64,000 bases of DNA, taken from NCBI GenBank assembly GCA_965243625.1, contig CBDEVI010000002.1, positions 2,201,496 through 2,265,495 of the forward strand, in the 5' to 3' direction. This DNA is from Chloroflexota bacterium (GTDB lineage: Bacteria > Chloroflexota > UBA11872). Below are positions 26,337 through 36,126 of the stretch, piece after piece. The notes beneath the pieces are model-generated. The model had not been told where the DNA came from and did no database searches. It saw only the letters and a list, made by a program, of their open reading frames with translations. Position numbers and translations under genes: made by a program. Every line of letters starts with the position of its first letter. Within the stretch, counting starts at the first letter, position 1.

Positions 26337-28103
26337 ATGAGCCAGCAGCCTGTGAACGTGCTTCGCACGGCTCGCCGCATGGCGTCCTATCTGCGCCCGC
26401 ACTGGCGAGCACAGGTGGGCGCAGTGCTGGCCTCGCTGGTGACCGTCGGCGCGGAGCTGCCGACGCCGCTGCTCATCAAGGCCCTGGTTGACGATGTCGC
26501 AATCGGCGGCGACCTGAGCCTGCTGCCGCCGCTGCTCATCGCCATCGGCGCGCTGGCCATTGCCGGGTCGGCTGGATACGTTGCCGCCAACTACCTCTTC
26601 ACGAGCGCCGGCGAGCAGGCGGCCAACGTCCTGCGTCGGGCGCTCATGGACCAGGTGCTGCGCCTGCCGCTGGCCTACTTTCGCGGGCACCGCACCGGCG
26701 ACACGGTGACCCACTTCACCGCCGACTCGGCAGCAATCGCCGAGGCCTACGAGCGCGCCTATGGCCGAGGACTTTCCGCCGCTATCTCGGTGCTCGGGAT
26801 CATCATTGTCGTGGCGGTGATCGACTGGCGCTTCGGGGTGCTCGCCGCCGCGCTGGTTCCGGTGTACATGCTGCTGCCGCGGCTCCGGCAAGGGCACCAT
26901 GTGCGCTCGGCGCAGCGCGTCCAAAGCGCCACCGGCGAGCTTGGCGGCCTGGCCACCGAGCTTATCGCCGGCATGCGCGACATCCGCGCGTTCAATCGCC
27001 AGGGGTGGTCGCTGGATCGCCTGCGGCGACTGCTCCGTGAGTTGCGCGATGCGCGCGTGTATCAGGGTTTCGTTCGCGGCTGGACCTGGGTGACCACGAC
27101 CATCTTCTGGATCGCCTACGCCTCGATCTTCTTTGTGCTGGCAGAGCCGATCTTCGGCGGCGAGGTGACGATCGGATTCGCCCTTGCCCTGGCGGGGTAT
27201 CTCACATGGCTCAACCGAGAGGTGACCCCGATGACGATGGCGTACGTCGACCTTTTGCACGCGGTCGGGGCCGCGCGGCGACTCTTCGGTTTTCTGGACA
27301 CGCCCGCGGAAGACGACGCCGGCGACGGGAAGCCTCTGGCCGCGACTCGCGGCGATGTTGAGTTTCGCGGCGTCGGCGCGGCCTACATGGCCGATACGCC
27401 GGTGCTAACGGATGTGTCGTTTCGGGTTCCGGGCGGCTCGACGACGGCGATCGTGGGACCGAGCGGCGCCGGAAAGTCGACCGTCGTCAACCTGCTGCTG
27501 CGGTTCCTCCCGCCAAGCGCCGGTGAAATTCGGCTCGACGGGCAGGACGTGGGCGCCGCCAGTGCGACGGAGACGCGGCGGCACGTCGGCGTCGTGTTCC
27601 AGGACCCGGTGCTCTTCCATGGGTCCATCGCCGAGAACATCCGGTTCGGACGCGAGGGCATCGGCCAGCGTGAGGTTGCCCGGGCGGCCGCCACCGCCGC
27701 CGCCACCGACTTCATCGAGGCCACGCGCGACGGATTCGACACCCAGGTCGGTGAGCGGGGTCTCCGCCTGTCGGGCGGACAGGCGCAACGCATCGCCATT
27801 GCGCGCGCCATCGCGGGCGATCCGCGCGTGTTGGTGCTCGACGAAGCCACGTCCGCCCTAGACGCCGAAGCGGAGCACCTGGTGCTGCGCGGCCTGGATC
27901 GCGCGCGCGAGGGCCGCACGACGCTGGTGATCGCCCACCGGCTGTCCACGGTGCACCAGGCGGACCAGGTCGTCGTGCTCGACGCGGGCCGCGTGCTGGA
28001 TGTCGGACGTCACGACGAGCTCTACGAGCGTTGCGGCCTCTACCGCGAGCTGTGCGACCGGCAGATGCAACCGGTCACCGACGTGCGGGCGAACGATGAT
28101 TAG
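26337..28103 (+). CDS. ABC exporter, fused TMD/NBD (subunit A)
   Basis: GPSGAGKS, LSGGQAQR, VLDEATS, IAHRLS. Confidence 0.92.
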   Translation: MSQQPVNVLRTARRMASYLRPHWRAQVGAVLASLVTVGAELPTPLLIKALVDDVAIGGDLSLLPPLLIAIGALAIAGSAGYVAANYLFTSAGEQAANVLRRALMDQVLRLPLAYFRGHRTGDTVTHFTADSAAIAEAYERAYGRGLSAAISVLGIIIVVAVIDWRFGVLAAALVPVYMLLPRLRQGHHVRSAQRVQSATGELGGLATELIAGMRDIRAFNRQGWSLDRLRRLLRELRDARVYQGFVRGWTWVTTTIFWIAYASIFFVLAEPIFGGEVTIGFALALAGYLTWLNREVTPMTMAYVDLLHAVGAARRLFGFLDTPAEDDAGDGKPLAATRGDVEFRGVGAAYMADTPVLTDVSFRVPGGSTTAIVGPSGAGKSTVVNLLLRFLPPSAGEIRLDGQDVGAASATETRRHVGVVFQDPVLFHGSIAENIRFGREGIGQREVARAAATAAATDFIEATRDGFDTQVGERGLRLSGGQAQRIAIARAIAGDPRVLVLDEATSALDAEAEHLVLRGLDRAREGRTTLVIAHRLSTVHQADQVVVLDAGRVLDVGRHDELYERCGLYRELCDRQMQPVTDVRANDD

Positions 28104-28118
28104 CACAGGGCGCAAGCC

Positions 28119-29900
28119 GTGACCGCCTCGGCGCCGAGCGTGGACGCGCCGCGAGCGTTGTCCGATTGGGCGATCGCCTCGCGCCTGTGGGCGTATCTGC
28201 GCGGGTCGCGCCTCGACTACGCGATTGCCGCGGCGGTGACCGCCGGAAACTCCGCCGTGATGATCACGCGCCCCTGGCTGCTGCACGTCCTCATCGATGA
28301 CGTGTTCGGTAAGCAAGACCGGGGCTTGCTGATTCCCACGCTGCTCGGGATCGCCGGCTGCGGCGTCGGGCTGGGCATCGCCGCCGTTTTCGGGCACTGG
28401 GCCCACACGCGGGCGGCGGAGGGCGCGATGTCGCGGATGCGTCAGGACGTCCTGCGACAGGCGCAGCGCATCCCCATCGGCGCGCTGCGGGGGCGGCGGA
28501 CGGGCGACATCGTGTCGCACCTCACGGCCGACGCGGCCGTGATCTCCACCGTCTATCTGCACGCCGGATCGGTGCTGTTTGCGCAGGCGCTGCGGATGCC
28601 CGGGTACCTGGTGATCATGTTCGCCATCGACTGGCGGCTTGGGCTCATCGCCGTGGCGACGCTGCCGATTCACGCGCTCATGGCGACGCGCGTCAGGGGA
28701 CGCACGCAGGCGGCCGGCGCGCGGGTGCAGGGCTCCATGGGGCGTCTCACGGCGGTGATGACCGAGCTGGTGGGCGGCGCCCGCGACGTGAAGGCCTTCA
28801 ACCGGCAGGGGTGGGCGGGCGAACGGCTCGATACCGAGACTCGCGGCTTGTGGCGGGCGCGCGTCCGGGTCGCGCTGCTCGAGAGCCTGGGACAGATGTC
28901 GCACCTGGCCTACTGGGCGGCGTTGATCGCGATCTGGGCGTTGCTGGCCGACGCGGTCGTGGCCGGAACGGTGGCGGTCGGATTCCTCGTGGCATCGGGC
29001 CAGTACCTGCTGCAAGTCGGCGGGCCGGTGCGGAACACGTTGAACGACTTCGTCCAGATCCAGGTCGTGCTCGGCACGGCCCGCCGCGTGTTCGGATTTC
29101 TGGACACGCCGAGAGAGCTCGACGATGCGGCCGGCCGTTCGTTGGCGGTGTCGCGCGGCGAACTCCAGGTCGAGAATGTCGAGTTTTCCTACGGCGAGGA
29201 CGACGTGCTGCACCGGGTAACGTTCGGCGCCTCGCCCGGTGAGCGGGTGGCCCTGGTCGGACCGAGCGGCGCGGGCAAGTCCACGCTCATCAGCCTGCTG
29301 CTCAAGTTCTACGAGCCGCGGGCGGGTCGGATTGCCATCGACGGGCAGGACATCGGGCAGGCCAGCGCGACGTCCGTGCGACAGGGCATCGGCGTGGTGT
29401 TTCAGGACGCCACGCTGTTCGACGGCTCGGTGTCGCAGAACATTTCGCTCGGACGCGAGACCGTCACCGAGGCCGATGTCCGACGAGCCGCGGTGCTGGC
29501 GAACGCCGATGATTTCATCACCGCTCTGGAGCACGGCTACGACACCAACATCGGCGAGCGCGGCGTGCGGCTGTCGGGCGGACAGGTGCAGCGCATCGCC
29601 ATTGCCCGCGCCATCGTGGGCGACCCGCGGATCTTGGTCCTGGATGAGGCCACGTCGTCGCTCGACGTCGAGTCCGAGTGGCTGGTGCAGCAAGGTCTGG
29701 AGCGGGCGTCGGCCGGGCGCACCACGCTCGTGATCGCGCACCGGCTTGCCACGGTGCGGCAAGCCGACCGCATCGTCTTCCTCGACGACGGGCGGGTGCG
29801 GGACGCCGGGCGGCACGATGAGCTCTACGAGCGCAATGACCACTACCGGAGGCTGTGCGACCTTCAGCTGCTTCGCGGTGAAGCGTCGGGTGCGGCCTAG
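28119..29900 (+). CDS. ABC exporter, fused TMD/NBD (subunit B, paralog)
   Basis: GPSGAGKS, LSGGQVQR, VLDEATS, IAHRLA; shares many blocks with the upstream gene. Confidence 0.92.
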   Translation: MTASAPSVDAPRALSDWAIASRLWAYLRGSRLDYAIAAAVTAGNSAVMITRPWLLHVLIDDVFGKQDRGLLIPTLLGIAGCGVGLGIAAVFGHWAHTRAAEGAMSRMRQDVLRQAQRIPIGALRGRRTGDIVSHLTADAAVISTVYLHAGSVLFAQALRMPGYLVIMFAIDWRLGLIAVATLPIHALMATRVRGRTQAAGARVQGSMGRLTAVMTELVGGARDVKAFNRQGWAGERLDTETRGLWRARVRVALLESLGQMSHLAYWAALIAIWALLADAVVAGTVAVGFLVASGQYLLQVGGPVRNTLNDFVQIQVVLGTARRVFGFLDTPRELDDAAGRSLAVSRGELQVENVEFSYGEDDVLHRVTFGASPGERVALVGPSGAGKSTLISLLLKFYEPRAGRIAIDGQDIGQASATSVRQGIGVVFQDATLFDGSVSQNISLGRETVTEADVRRAAVLANADDFITALEHGYDTNIGERGVRLSGGQVQRIAIARAIVGDPRILVLDEATSSLDVESEWLVQQGLERASAGRTTLVIAHRLATVRQADRIVFLDDGRVRDAGRHDELYERNDHYRRLCDLQLLRGEASGAA

Positions 29901-29985
29901 GAGCGGGGGCAAGGGCGGCAAGCAGGGTGCTTGCACGGTCGGCTACTGTGCGCCCGGCAGCGTGGGCAAACCCTTGGACCGGCAT

Positions 29986-30810
29986 ATGAGAATCCTGGTC
30001 GTGAACGACGACGGCATCGAGGACCGCGGCCTGTGGGCGCTGGCGGAAGCGCTGGAGCCGCTCGGCGAGGTGCGCGTGTACTCGCCGGACCGCAACTACA
30101 GCGGCGCCGGCATGTCCGTCGCGCTAACGCCTGAGTTTCATCTGCGCCGCGCCGGTCCGCCGGACGGCATCCGCACGAGTGTTCCCGGATTCACGGCGGA
30201 CGCTTCGCCGGCCAACCTGGCGGCTTTGGGATGCGCCATTGGATTCGATCGCGAGCCGGACGTGATCGTGTCCGGGATAAATCCCGGCTGGAATACGGGC
30301 GTGCAGGGCTATGTGAGCTCGGGAACCATGGGCGCGGCGCGCGTGGCGCTCGATCGCGGGTTCACCGGGATCGCCATATCCCACACCCCGCAATCGCCGG
30401 AGGACAAGCGGGGCATCGCCGCCGCGTTGGCGCGCTTCGTCGCGGCGGCCCATGCGCACGGCGTGCTGCGACAGCCGCTGCTGGTGAATATCAACACGCC
30501 CGAGCTGTTTGCGGCGACGGAGCCGGTATGGCTCACGCGGCCGGCGCCGTTCACGTTGTTCGCGGGGCTGCGCCCCACGGAAGCGCCGATCGTCGACGGC
30601 GATCGGATCACCGTCCGCGTGGAATACGGCAAGATCTTCGACGGTCCCGGCGCCGACGACGACGAGACCGCGGCGCTGAAGGCCGGCGCGGTGTCGATCT
30701 GCGTCACCGACCCGTTCACGGCGGAGGTCATCAAGGATGACCCGTGGCCCGAGATTGCGCGGGCGTTTTCGCCCGTGGACAGGCCCGCGGCCGACGCGCC
30801 TGCCACGTGA
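29986..30810 (+). CDS. surE: SurE-family 5'/3'-nucleotidase (divergent)
   Basis: MRILVVNDDGI, SGAG, VSGINPGWN, SGTMGAA. Confidence 0.8.
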   Translation: MRILVVNDDGIEDRGLWALAEALEPLGEVRVYSPDRNYSGAGMSVALTPEFHLRRAGPPDGIRTSVPGFTADASPANLAALGCAIGFDREPDVIVSGINPGWNTGVQGYVSSGTMGAARVALDRGFTGIAISHTPQSPEDKRGIAAALARFVAAAHAHGVLRQPLLVNINTPELFAATEPVWLTRPAPFTLFAGLRPTEAPIVDGDRITVRVEYGKIFDGPGADDDETAALKAGAVSICVTDPFTAEVIKDDPWPEIARAFSPVDRPAADAPAT

Positions 30811-30850
30811 GGGGCGGCATATGAGTGCCCCGTGAGCGCGGCGGTGAGAC

Positions 30851-30935
30851 TGTCATTCCGAACGCAGTGAGGAATCTAGGGAGGTTGGTGCGTTTTCCCC
30901 GCCCCTTAGATTCCTCGCCTGCGGCTCGGAATGAC
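30851..30935. repeat. REPIN-like inverted doublet
   Basis: TGTCATTCCGAACGCAGTGAGGAATCTA...TAGATTCCTCGCCTGCGGCTCGGAATGAC; same family as 17314 and 36127. Confidence 0.8.
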
Positions 30936-30958
30936 CGGTGGGGCGGTTCGCAGTGACA

Positions 30959-31069
30959 GAGACGGTTGCTCGGCATTACGGCCGGGGGTTATGGCGGGGT
31001 GGTTTCCCGCTCCCCGCCTTCGCGGGGACAGGCTCCGCGGGAATGACGGAGGGGCTACGTAGTGGCCTC
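30959..31069 (+). mobile_element. Degenerate MITE copy with 22-nt insert in its REP, followed by REP right halves
   Basis: GAGACGGTTGC...CTACGTAGTGGCCTC, then CTTGCGCGGGAATGAC; insert at 31011-31032; left target duplication not recognisable. Confidence 0.55.
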
Positions 31070-31116
31070 CTTGCGCGGGAATGACGGCTCTGTGGGAATG
31101 ACGGAGGGGAGGACTC

Positions 31117-32625
31117 ATGAGCTCCAAGCTTGACGAGCTGCGCCAGCGACTGCGTGAGGTCGGCGACTTGCGCGCGGCGGCGGCGGTGCTGCACTGGGAC
31201 CAGACCACCTATATGCCGCCGAAGGGCGCGGCGTCCCGCGGGCGGCACATCGCCACGCTGGAACGTCTGGCCCATGCGGCGTTCACCGACGCCGCCATCG
31301 GCGCGCTGCTCGACGACTTGCAGCCGCATGCGGACCGCTTGCCGCCGGAGCATCCCGACGCCGCGCTGATCCGCGTCACGCGGCGCGACTACGAGCGCGA
31401 CGTGCGCGTGCCGGCCGACTTCGCCGCCGCGCTCGAGGAGCACGCGGCGGCCTCGTACGCCGCCTGGATCAAGGCGCGGCCCGCCGACGACTTCGCGGCC
31501 GTTCGGACGGTGCTCGAGCGCACGCTCGAGCTCAGCCGGCAGCTAGCGAGCTACACGCCCAACGCGGAGCACGTGGCCGATCCCCTGATCGACCGACAGG
31601 ATCCGGGCATGACCGCCGCCGAGATTTCGGGCCTCTTCGCGGAGCTGCGCGCGCGGTTGGTGCCGCTGCTGCAACGGATTAAGGCAGCGGCGGCAAACGA
31701 CGATTCCGCCGTGCGCCAGCACTTCCCCATCAGCGCCCAGCGCGATTTCGCCCGCCGCGTGGTCGCGCTGATGGGCTTCGACTTTGACCGCGGTCGCATG
31801 GACGACACGGCGCATCCCTTCATGACCACCTTCGCCTCGGACGACGTGCGCATCACCGTGCGGGCCGACGAGCACTTCCTGGGCGAGCACCTCTTCAGCG
31901 CCATGCACGAAGCCGGCCACGCGCTCTATGAGCTGGGCGTCGACCCCGCGTTCGAGGGCACGCCGCTTGGCGACGGCGCCTCCAACGGCATGCACGAGAG
32001 CCAGTCGCGGCTCTGGGAGAACTTCGTGGGGCGCGGGCTGGATTTCTGGGAGGGGCAGTACGCGCACTTGCAAGCGGCGTTCCCGCGGCAGCTTGGATCG
32101 GTTCCGCTGGACGTGTTCTACCCCGCGATCAACTACGTGCAGCCGTCGCTGATTCGCACCGACGCCGACGAGGTCACCTACAACCTGCACGTGATGTTGC
32201 GCTTCGACCTGGAGCTGGAGCTGCTCGACGGGCGGCTGGACGTGCGCGAGCTGCCCGAAACCTGGCGCGCGCGCTACGCCCGCGACCTGGGCGTCGAGCC
32301 GCCGGACGACCGCGACGGCGTGCTGCAGGACGTGCATTGGTTCCACGGCACCATCGGCGGGGCCTTCCAGGGCTATACGCTTGGGAACCTCATCAGCGCC
32401 CAGGTATTCGACGCGGCCCGTCAGGCGCTGCCGGACCTGCCCGACCGCATTCGCCGCGGCGACCTGACGACGCTGCACGACTGGCTGCGGCAGTCCATCT
32501 ACCGCCACGGCCGCGTGTTCACGGCGGCCGAGCTGGTGCAGCGGGTGACGGGCGCGCCAATCGGCGTGGACGCCCTCATGGACCATTTGTCGCGGAAATA
32601 CGGCGCGATTTACGGGTTGGCATAG
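31117..32625 (+). CDS. Carboxypeptidase, M32 family
   Basis: WDQTTYMPP, HPF, HEAGHALYE, HESQSR, IRTDADEVTY, LQDVHW. Confidence 0.95.
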   Translation: MSSKLDELRQRLREVGDLRAAAAVLHWDQTTYMPPKGAASRGRHIATLERLAHAAFTDAAIGALLDDLQPHADRLPPEHPDAALIRVTRRDYERDVRVPADFAAALEEHAAASYAAWIKARPADDFAAVRTVLERTLELSRQLASYTPNAEHVADPLIDRQDPGMTAAEISGLFAELRARLVPLLQRIKAAAANDDSAVRQHFPISAQRDFARRVVALMGFDFDRGRMDDTAHPFMTTFASDDVRITVRADEHFLGEHLFSAMHEAGHALYELGVDPAFEGTPLGDGASNGMHESQSRLWENFVGRGLDFWEGQYAHLQAAFPRQLGSVPLDVFYPAINYVQPSLIRTDADEVTYNLHVMLRFDLELELLDGRLDVRELPETWRARYARDLGVEPPDDRDGVLQDVHWFHGTIGGAFQGYTLGNLISAQVFDAARQALPDLPDRIRRGDLTTLHDWLRQSIYRHGRVFTAAELVQRVTGAPIGVDALMDHLSRKYGAIYGLA

Positions 32626-32700
32626 CCGAACTTTGCCCGACTGCTTGGGCGACGTGTGGAATAATTGACTGGTTATATTCACTGGTTGAAACGGAAACTC

Positions 32701-32952
32701 ATGCGTGAAGTTGCGGCCACCGAGGCGAAGGCGCGGCTGGCGGAGTTGCTGCGCAGCGTCGAGCACGGCGAGTCGATCGCGATCACTCGCCATGGACGGC
32801 GCGTGGCGCACCTGATACCAGCCGAGGTACAGGAGCGCGCGGCGTTCAAGTCGGCGGTCGACCGCTTCCGGCGGCGTCGCGCCCGTTGGCCGCGCATTGA
32901 GATGTCCACCGCGGAAATCCTGGCTGCCCGCCACGAGGGCCACCGTTCGTGA
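32701..32952 (+). CDS. Phd/YefM-family antitoxin
   Basis: EAKARLAELLRSVEHGESIAITRHGRRVA; 4-nt overlap with the toxin gene. Confidence 0.9.
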   Translation: MREVAATEAKARLAELLRSVEHGESIAITRHGRRVAHLIPAEVQERAAFKSAVDRFRRRRARWPRIEMSTAEILAARHEGHRS

Positions 32953-33350
32953 CGGCGCTGATCTTGGACGCTTCCGTGGCTTCGGCCTGGGTCTTGGATG
33001 ACGAGCGTGAGCCGCGCGCGGACGCCGCGCTCGCGCTGCTTGAGGAGCGCGGCGGTCTGGTCCCGCAGCTCTGGCACCTCGAGGTGCGCAACGTGCTGCT
33101 GACGGCCGAGCGGAGAGGCCGCATCGCCGCGGATCCAGTGAATGACCGGCTGGCGGAGCTGGCGGAGCTGCCGATCCAGACTGCCGCGGAGCCGGACCTC
33201 AATGATGTGCTCGCCCTCGCTCGGGCCCATCGCCTGTCGGTGTACGACGCCGTGTATCTGGCCCTCGCGCGACGACACGATGCGCCGCTGGCCACGCTGG
33301 ACGCCGCGTTGGCTAGCGCAGCGGAAGCGGCGGATGTGCCGTCGGTCTGA
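32949..33350 (+). CDS. vapC: VapC-family PIN-domain toxin
   Basis: ILDAS, EVRNVL, LSVYDAVYLALA, LATLD acidic PIN residues. Confidence 0.9.
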   Translation: MTALILDASVASAWVLDDEREPRADAALALLEERGGLVPQLWHLEVRNVLLTAERRGRIAADPVNDRLAELAELPIQTAAEPDLNDVLALARAHRLSVYDAVYLALARRHDAPLATLDAALASAAEAADVPSV

Positions 33351-33486
33351 CTCAAGGCAATCCGCGCCGGCGCCTGACATCCCGCACTTACCGGACCGCG
33401 CAGAAGTGGCCGCAAGGGGGTCGACGCACGACGAGTCTTGACTACCTCGCCGCCCGCGCTCACCATCGGGTACAAGGAGGCCCGCC

Positions 33487-34596
33487 ATGGTCACCACCGC
33501 GCTGCCTGAAGCCGACGTCCGCACTGAATCCGAAGCCAAGACGCAACTCAAGCTCATCGACGCCGACGTCCACAACTACGTCAACTCGATCGACGAGCTG
33601 CTGCCGTTCCTGGCGACGCGCTGGCATGCCTACATCGAGCAATCGGGATTCGAGGCGCCGGGGGGCAACATTTACCCGCGCCTCTACGAGAATGCGGCGC
33701 GCCGCGACTCGTTCCCGCCCAGCGGCTGCCTGCCCGGCGGCGATCCGGACTTCGCCCGCGACCAGCTCCTGGACGGCTGGGGCATCGACGCCGCGATTCT
33801 GAATCCGCTGTATGTCGCGTCGTCGCTGCGCAACCTCGATTTCGCCAACGACCTCTCGCGCGCGGTGAATGAGCTGACGGCCGCGCGCTGGCTGGACCAC
33901 GACCCCCGCTGGCGTGGCTCGATCGTCGTCAACGTCGAGGACCCCGACGCGGCCGCCGCCGAGATCCGCCGCGCCGGTCGGGACCCGCGATTCGTCCAGG
34001 TGCTCCTGATCGTCCGCGCCGTTGAGCCCTATGGCCGGCGGCGGTACCGTCCCATCCTCGCCGCGGCCTGCGACATGGGCCTGCCGCTGGGGATTCACTT
34101 CGGCGGCAACCCCGGACCCATCACCGCCACCGGCTGGCCGTCGTTCTACATCGAGGACCACACGGGAATGCCGCAGGCTTTCGAGGCCCAGGTGCTCAGC
34201 CTGGTGGCCGAGGGCGTATTCGAGAGCTTTCCCGACCTGCGCGTGGCGTTGGTCGAGGGCGGCTTCGCCTGGCTGCCGGCACTGATGTGGCGCTTCGACA
34301 AGAACTACAAGGGGCTGCGGGACGAGGTCCCCTGGCTCAAGAAGCTGCCGAGCGAGTACATCCGCGAACACTTCCGGGCCACCACGCAGCCCATGGAGGA
34401 GCCGGAGGACCCGCGCCACCTGCTGCAGATCATGGACATGATCGGGCGCGACGATTTCCTCATGTTCGCCACCGACTACCCGCACTGGGACTTCGACGCG
34501 CCCGATCGCGCGGTGCCGTCCATCGTTCCGGACGACGTGCGCGAGGGGATCATGTCCGGCAACGCGGCGGCGTTCTATGACTTCGACCGCGCATGA
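33487..34596 (+). CDS. Amidohydrolase_2 family protein
   Basis: IDADVH, LGIH, VEGGFAWLP, FATDYPHWDFD; AAGGAGG RBS. Confidence 0.88.
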   Translation: MVTTALPEADVRTESEAKTQLKLIDADVHNYVNSIDELLPFLATRWHAYIEQSGFEAPGGNIYPRLYENAARRDSFPPSGCLPGGDPDFARDQLLDGWGIDAAILNPLYVASSLRNLDFANDLSRAVNELTAARWLDHDPRWRGSIVVNVEDPDAAAAEIRRAGRDPRFVQVLLIVRAVEPYGRRRYRPILAAACDMGLPLGIHFGGNPGPITATGWPSFYIEDHTGMPQAFEAQVLSLVAEGVFESFPDLRVALVEGGFAWLPALMWRFDKNYKGLRDEVPWLKKLPSEYIREHFRATTQPMEEPEDPRHLLQIMDMIGRDDFLMFATDYPHWDFDAPDRAVPSIVPDDVREGIMSGNAAAFYDFDRA

Positions 34597-34942
34597 CGTG
34601 GGGGCGCTCGCCGACTTTGGCGAGCGCCGCGCGCGCCGCGTGCAAGTCGGTCGGCATACCATCGTGGTGGTGCGCTGGGGCGACGAGGTCTACGCCCTGC
34701 GCGACACCTGCGCCCACCAGGGCGCGCGCCTGTCGGGCGGCACGCTGGGGCACCACGTGACCGCCGCCACGGCCGGCGCGCCCATCGTGCTCGACCCGGA
34801 CTCACGCGTGCTCCGCTGTCCCTGGCATGGCTGGCAATACGACCTGTGCACCGGCCGCTCGCTGCACGCGTCCGAGCGCGCCCGCGTGAGGACCTACCCC
34901 GCTCGCGTCGCCGATGGCCGCGTCTACGTGGACCTCGGCTAG
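34577..34942 (+). CDS. Rieske [2Fe-2S] ferredoxin
   Basis: CAHQGA and CPWHGW ligand motifs. Confidence 0.9.
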   Translation: MTSTAHDVGALADFGERRARRVQVGRHTIVVVRWGDEVYALRDTCAHQGARLSGGTLGHHVTAATAGAPIVLDPDSRVLRCPWHGWQYDLCTGRSLHASERARVRTYPARVADGRVYVDLG

Positions 34943-36083
34943 CACGGACGCCGCGGTGGAGGCGGCCGTCGCCGCGATTCGATCGTCGCGAGCCATGGTG
35001 GCGCTGGCGATCGCCGGCGGGGGATCGGGCGTCATCCCGCGCCTGCTGACCCGTCCCGGCGCCTCGCGCACGGTGTTGGAGGCGCAGGTGCCCTATGGTC
35101 GCCGCGCGCTGACGGAGTTGCTTGGGGCGGAGCCGGGTTCGCGCTGCTCGGCGGAAAGCTCGCGCGAGCTGGCGCAGGCCATGTATCGGCGGGCGCTGCG
35201 GCTGCGTGAGACTTCCCAATTGCCGGTGCTGGGGCTCGGCGCCACCGCCGCCCTGGTCACCGACCGCGAGCGCAAGGGCTCCCATCGCGTTCACGTGGCC
35301 GTCGTCGACGGCTTTCAGTCCTGGGAAGCAACGGTTCATCTGCGCAAGAACGCCCGCACGCGCGCGGAGGAGGAGGCGGTTGCCGAGCACGCCATTCTCC
35401 GCGCCCTGGCAGAGGCCATGGTCGGCGGAGAGGCGGATGCCGTCGTTGGCTCGGATGAACGCCTGGGCATCGAAACGGTCCCGCTGGCTCATGTCGTCGA
35501 CGTTATCGCGGGCGGCGAGCAGCCCTGGGCCACGGCCGATGCCGCCGGCCGCGTGCGCGCCGGCGGACCGTTGCCCGGCGCCGTAGTGCCCGGGTCGTTC
35601 AATCCGCTGCACGAGGGCCACGCCGCGCTGCTGGAGGCCGCCCGCCGCCGCACGACGGGGCAGGCGGTCTACGAGATCTCCATCACGAACGTCGACAAGC
35701 CGGCGCTCACCGCCGCCGAGCTCGACGCGCGGCTCCCGCAGTTTCGCGGTCGAGCGCCGGTGGTGCTCACGCGCGCGCCTACCTTCGTCGAAAAGGCCCG
35801 CCTGCTGCCCGGCACGGCGTTTGCGGTGGGCGCGGATACCGCGGCCCGCATCCTGGAGCCCCGCTACTACGGCGGCGCGGAGGCGCTGGCGCAGGCCTTG
35901 ACGGAGCTGCGTGAGCTGGGCGCGCGCTTTTGCGTGGCCGAGCGGCGCGTGGGCGAACGGCTCTTGCAGCTCGACGACCTGAGGGTGCCGCGGTCCGCCG
36001 CCGAAGTGTTCGAGGCCATTCCCGCCGCGGAGGTTGGGGTGGACATTTCGTCGACCGAGCTGCGCGAGCGGGGTGGGGTCTAG
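34914..36083 (+). CDS. CinA-like domain fused to HxGH nucleotidyltransferase domain
   Basis: N-terminal PGASRTVLE..VPY and C-terminal PGSFNPLHEGH, VGADT, ISSTELR. Confidence 0.7.
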   Translation: MAASTWTSASTDAAVEAAVAAIRSSRAMVALAIAGGGSGVIPRLLTRPGASRTVLEAQVPYGRRALTELLGAEPGSRCSAESSRELAQAMYRRALRLRETSQLPVLGLGATAALVTDRERKGSHRVHVAVVDGFQSWEATVHLRKNARTRAEEEAVAEHAILRALAEAMVGGEADAVVGSDERLGIETVPLAHVVDVIAGGEQPWATADAAGRVRAGGPLPGAVVPGSFNPLHEGHAALLEAARRRTTGQAVYEISITNVDKPALTAAELDARLPQFRGRAPVVLTRAPTFVEKARLLPGTAFAVGADTAARILEPRYYGGAEALAQALTELRELGARFCVAERRVGERLLQLDDLRVPRSAAEVFEAIPAAEVGVDISSTELRERGGV

Positions 36084-36126
36084 CCGCCTCGGTGGTGGCC
36101 GTTGAGAAGTTCGAGTCGTCTCAATC

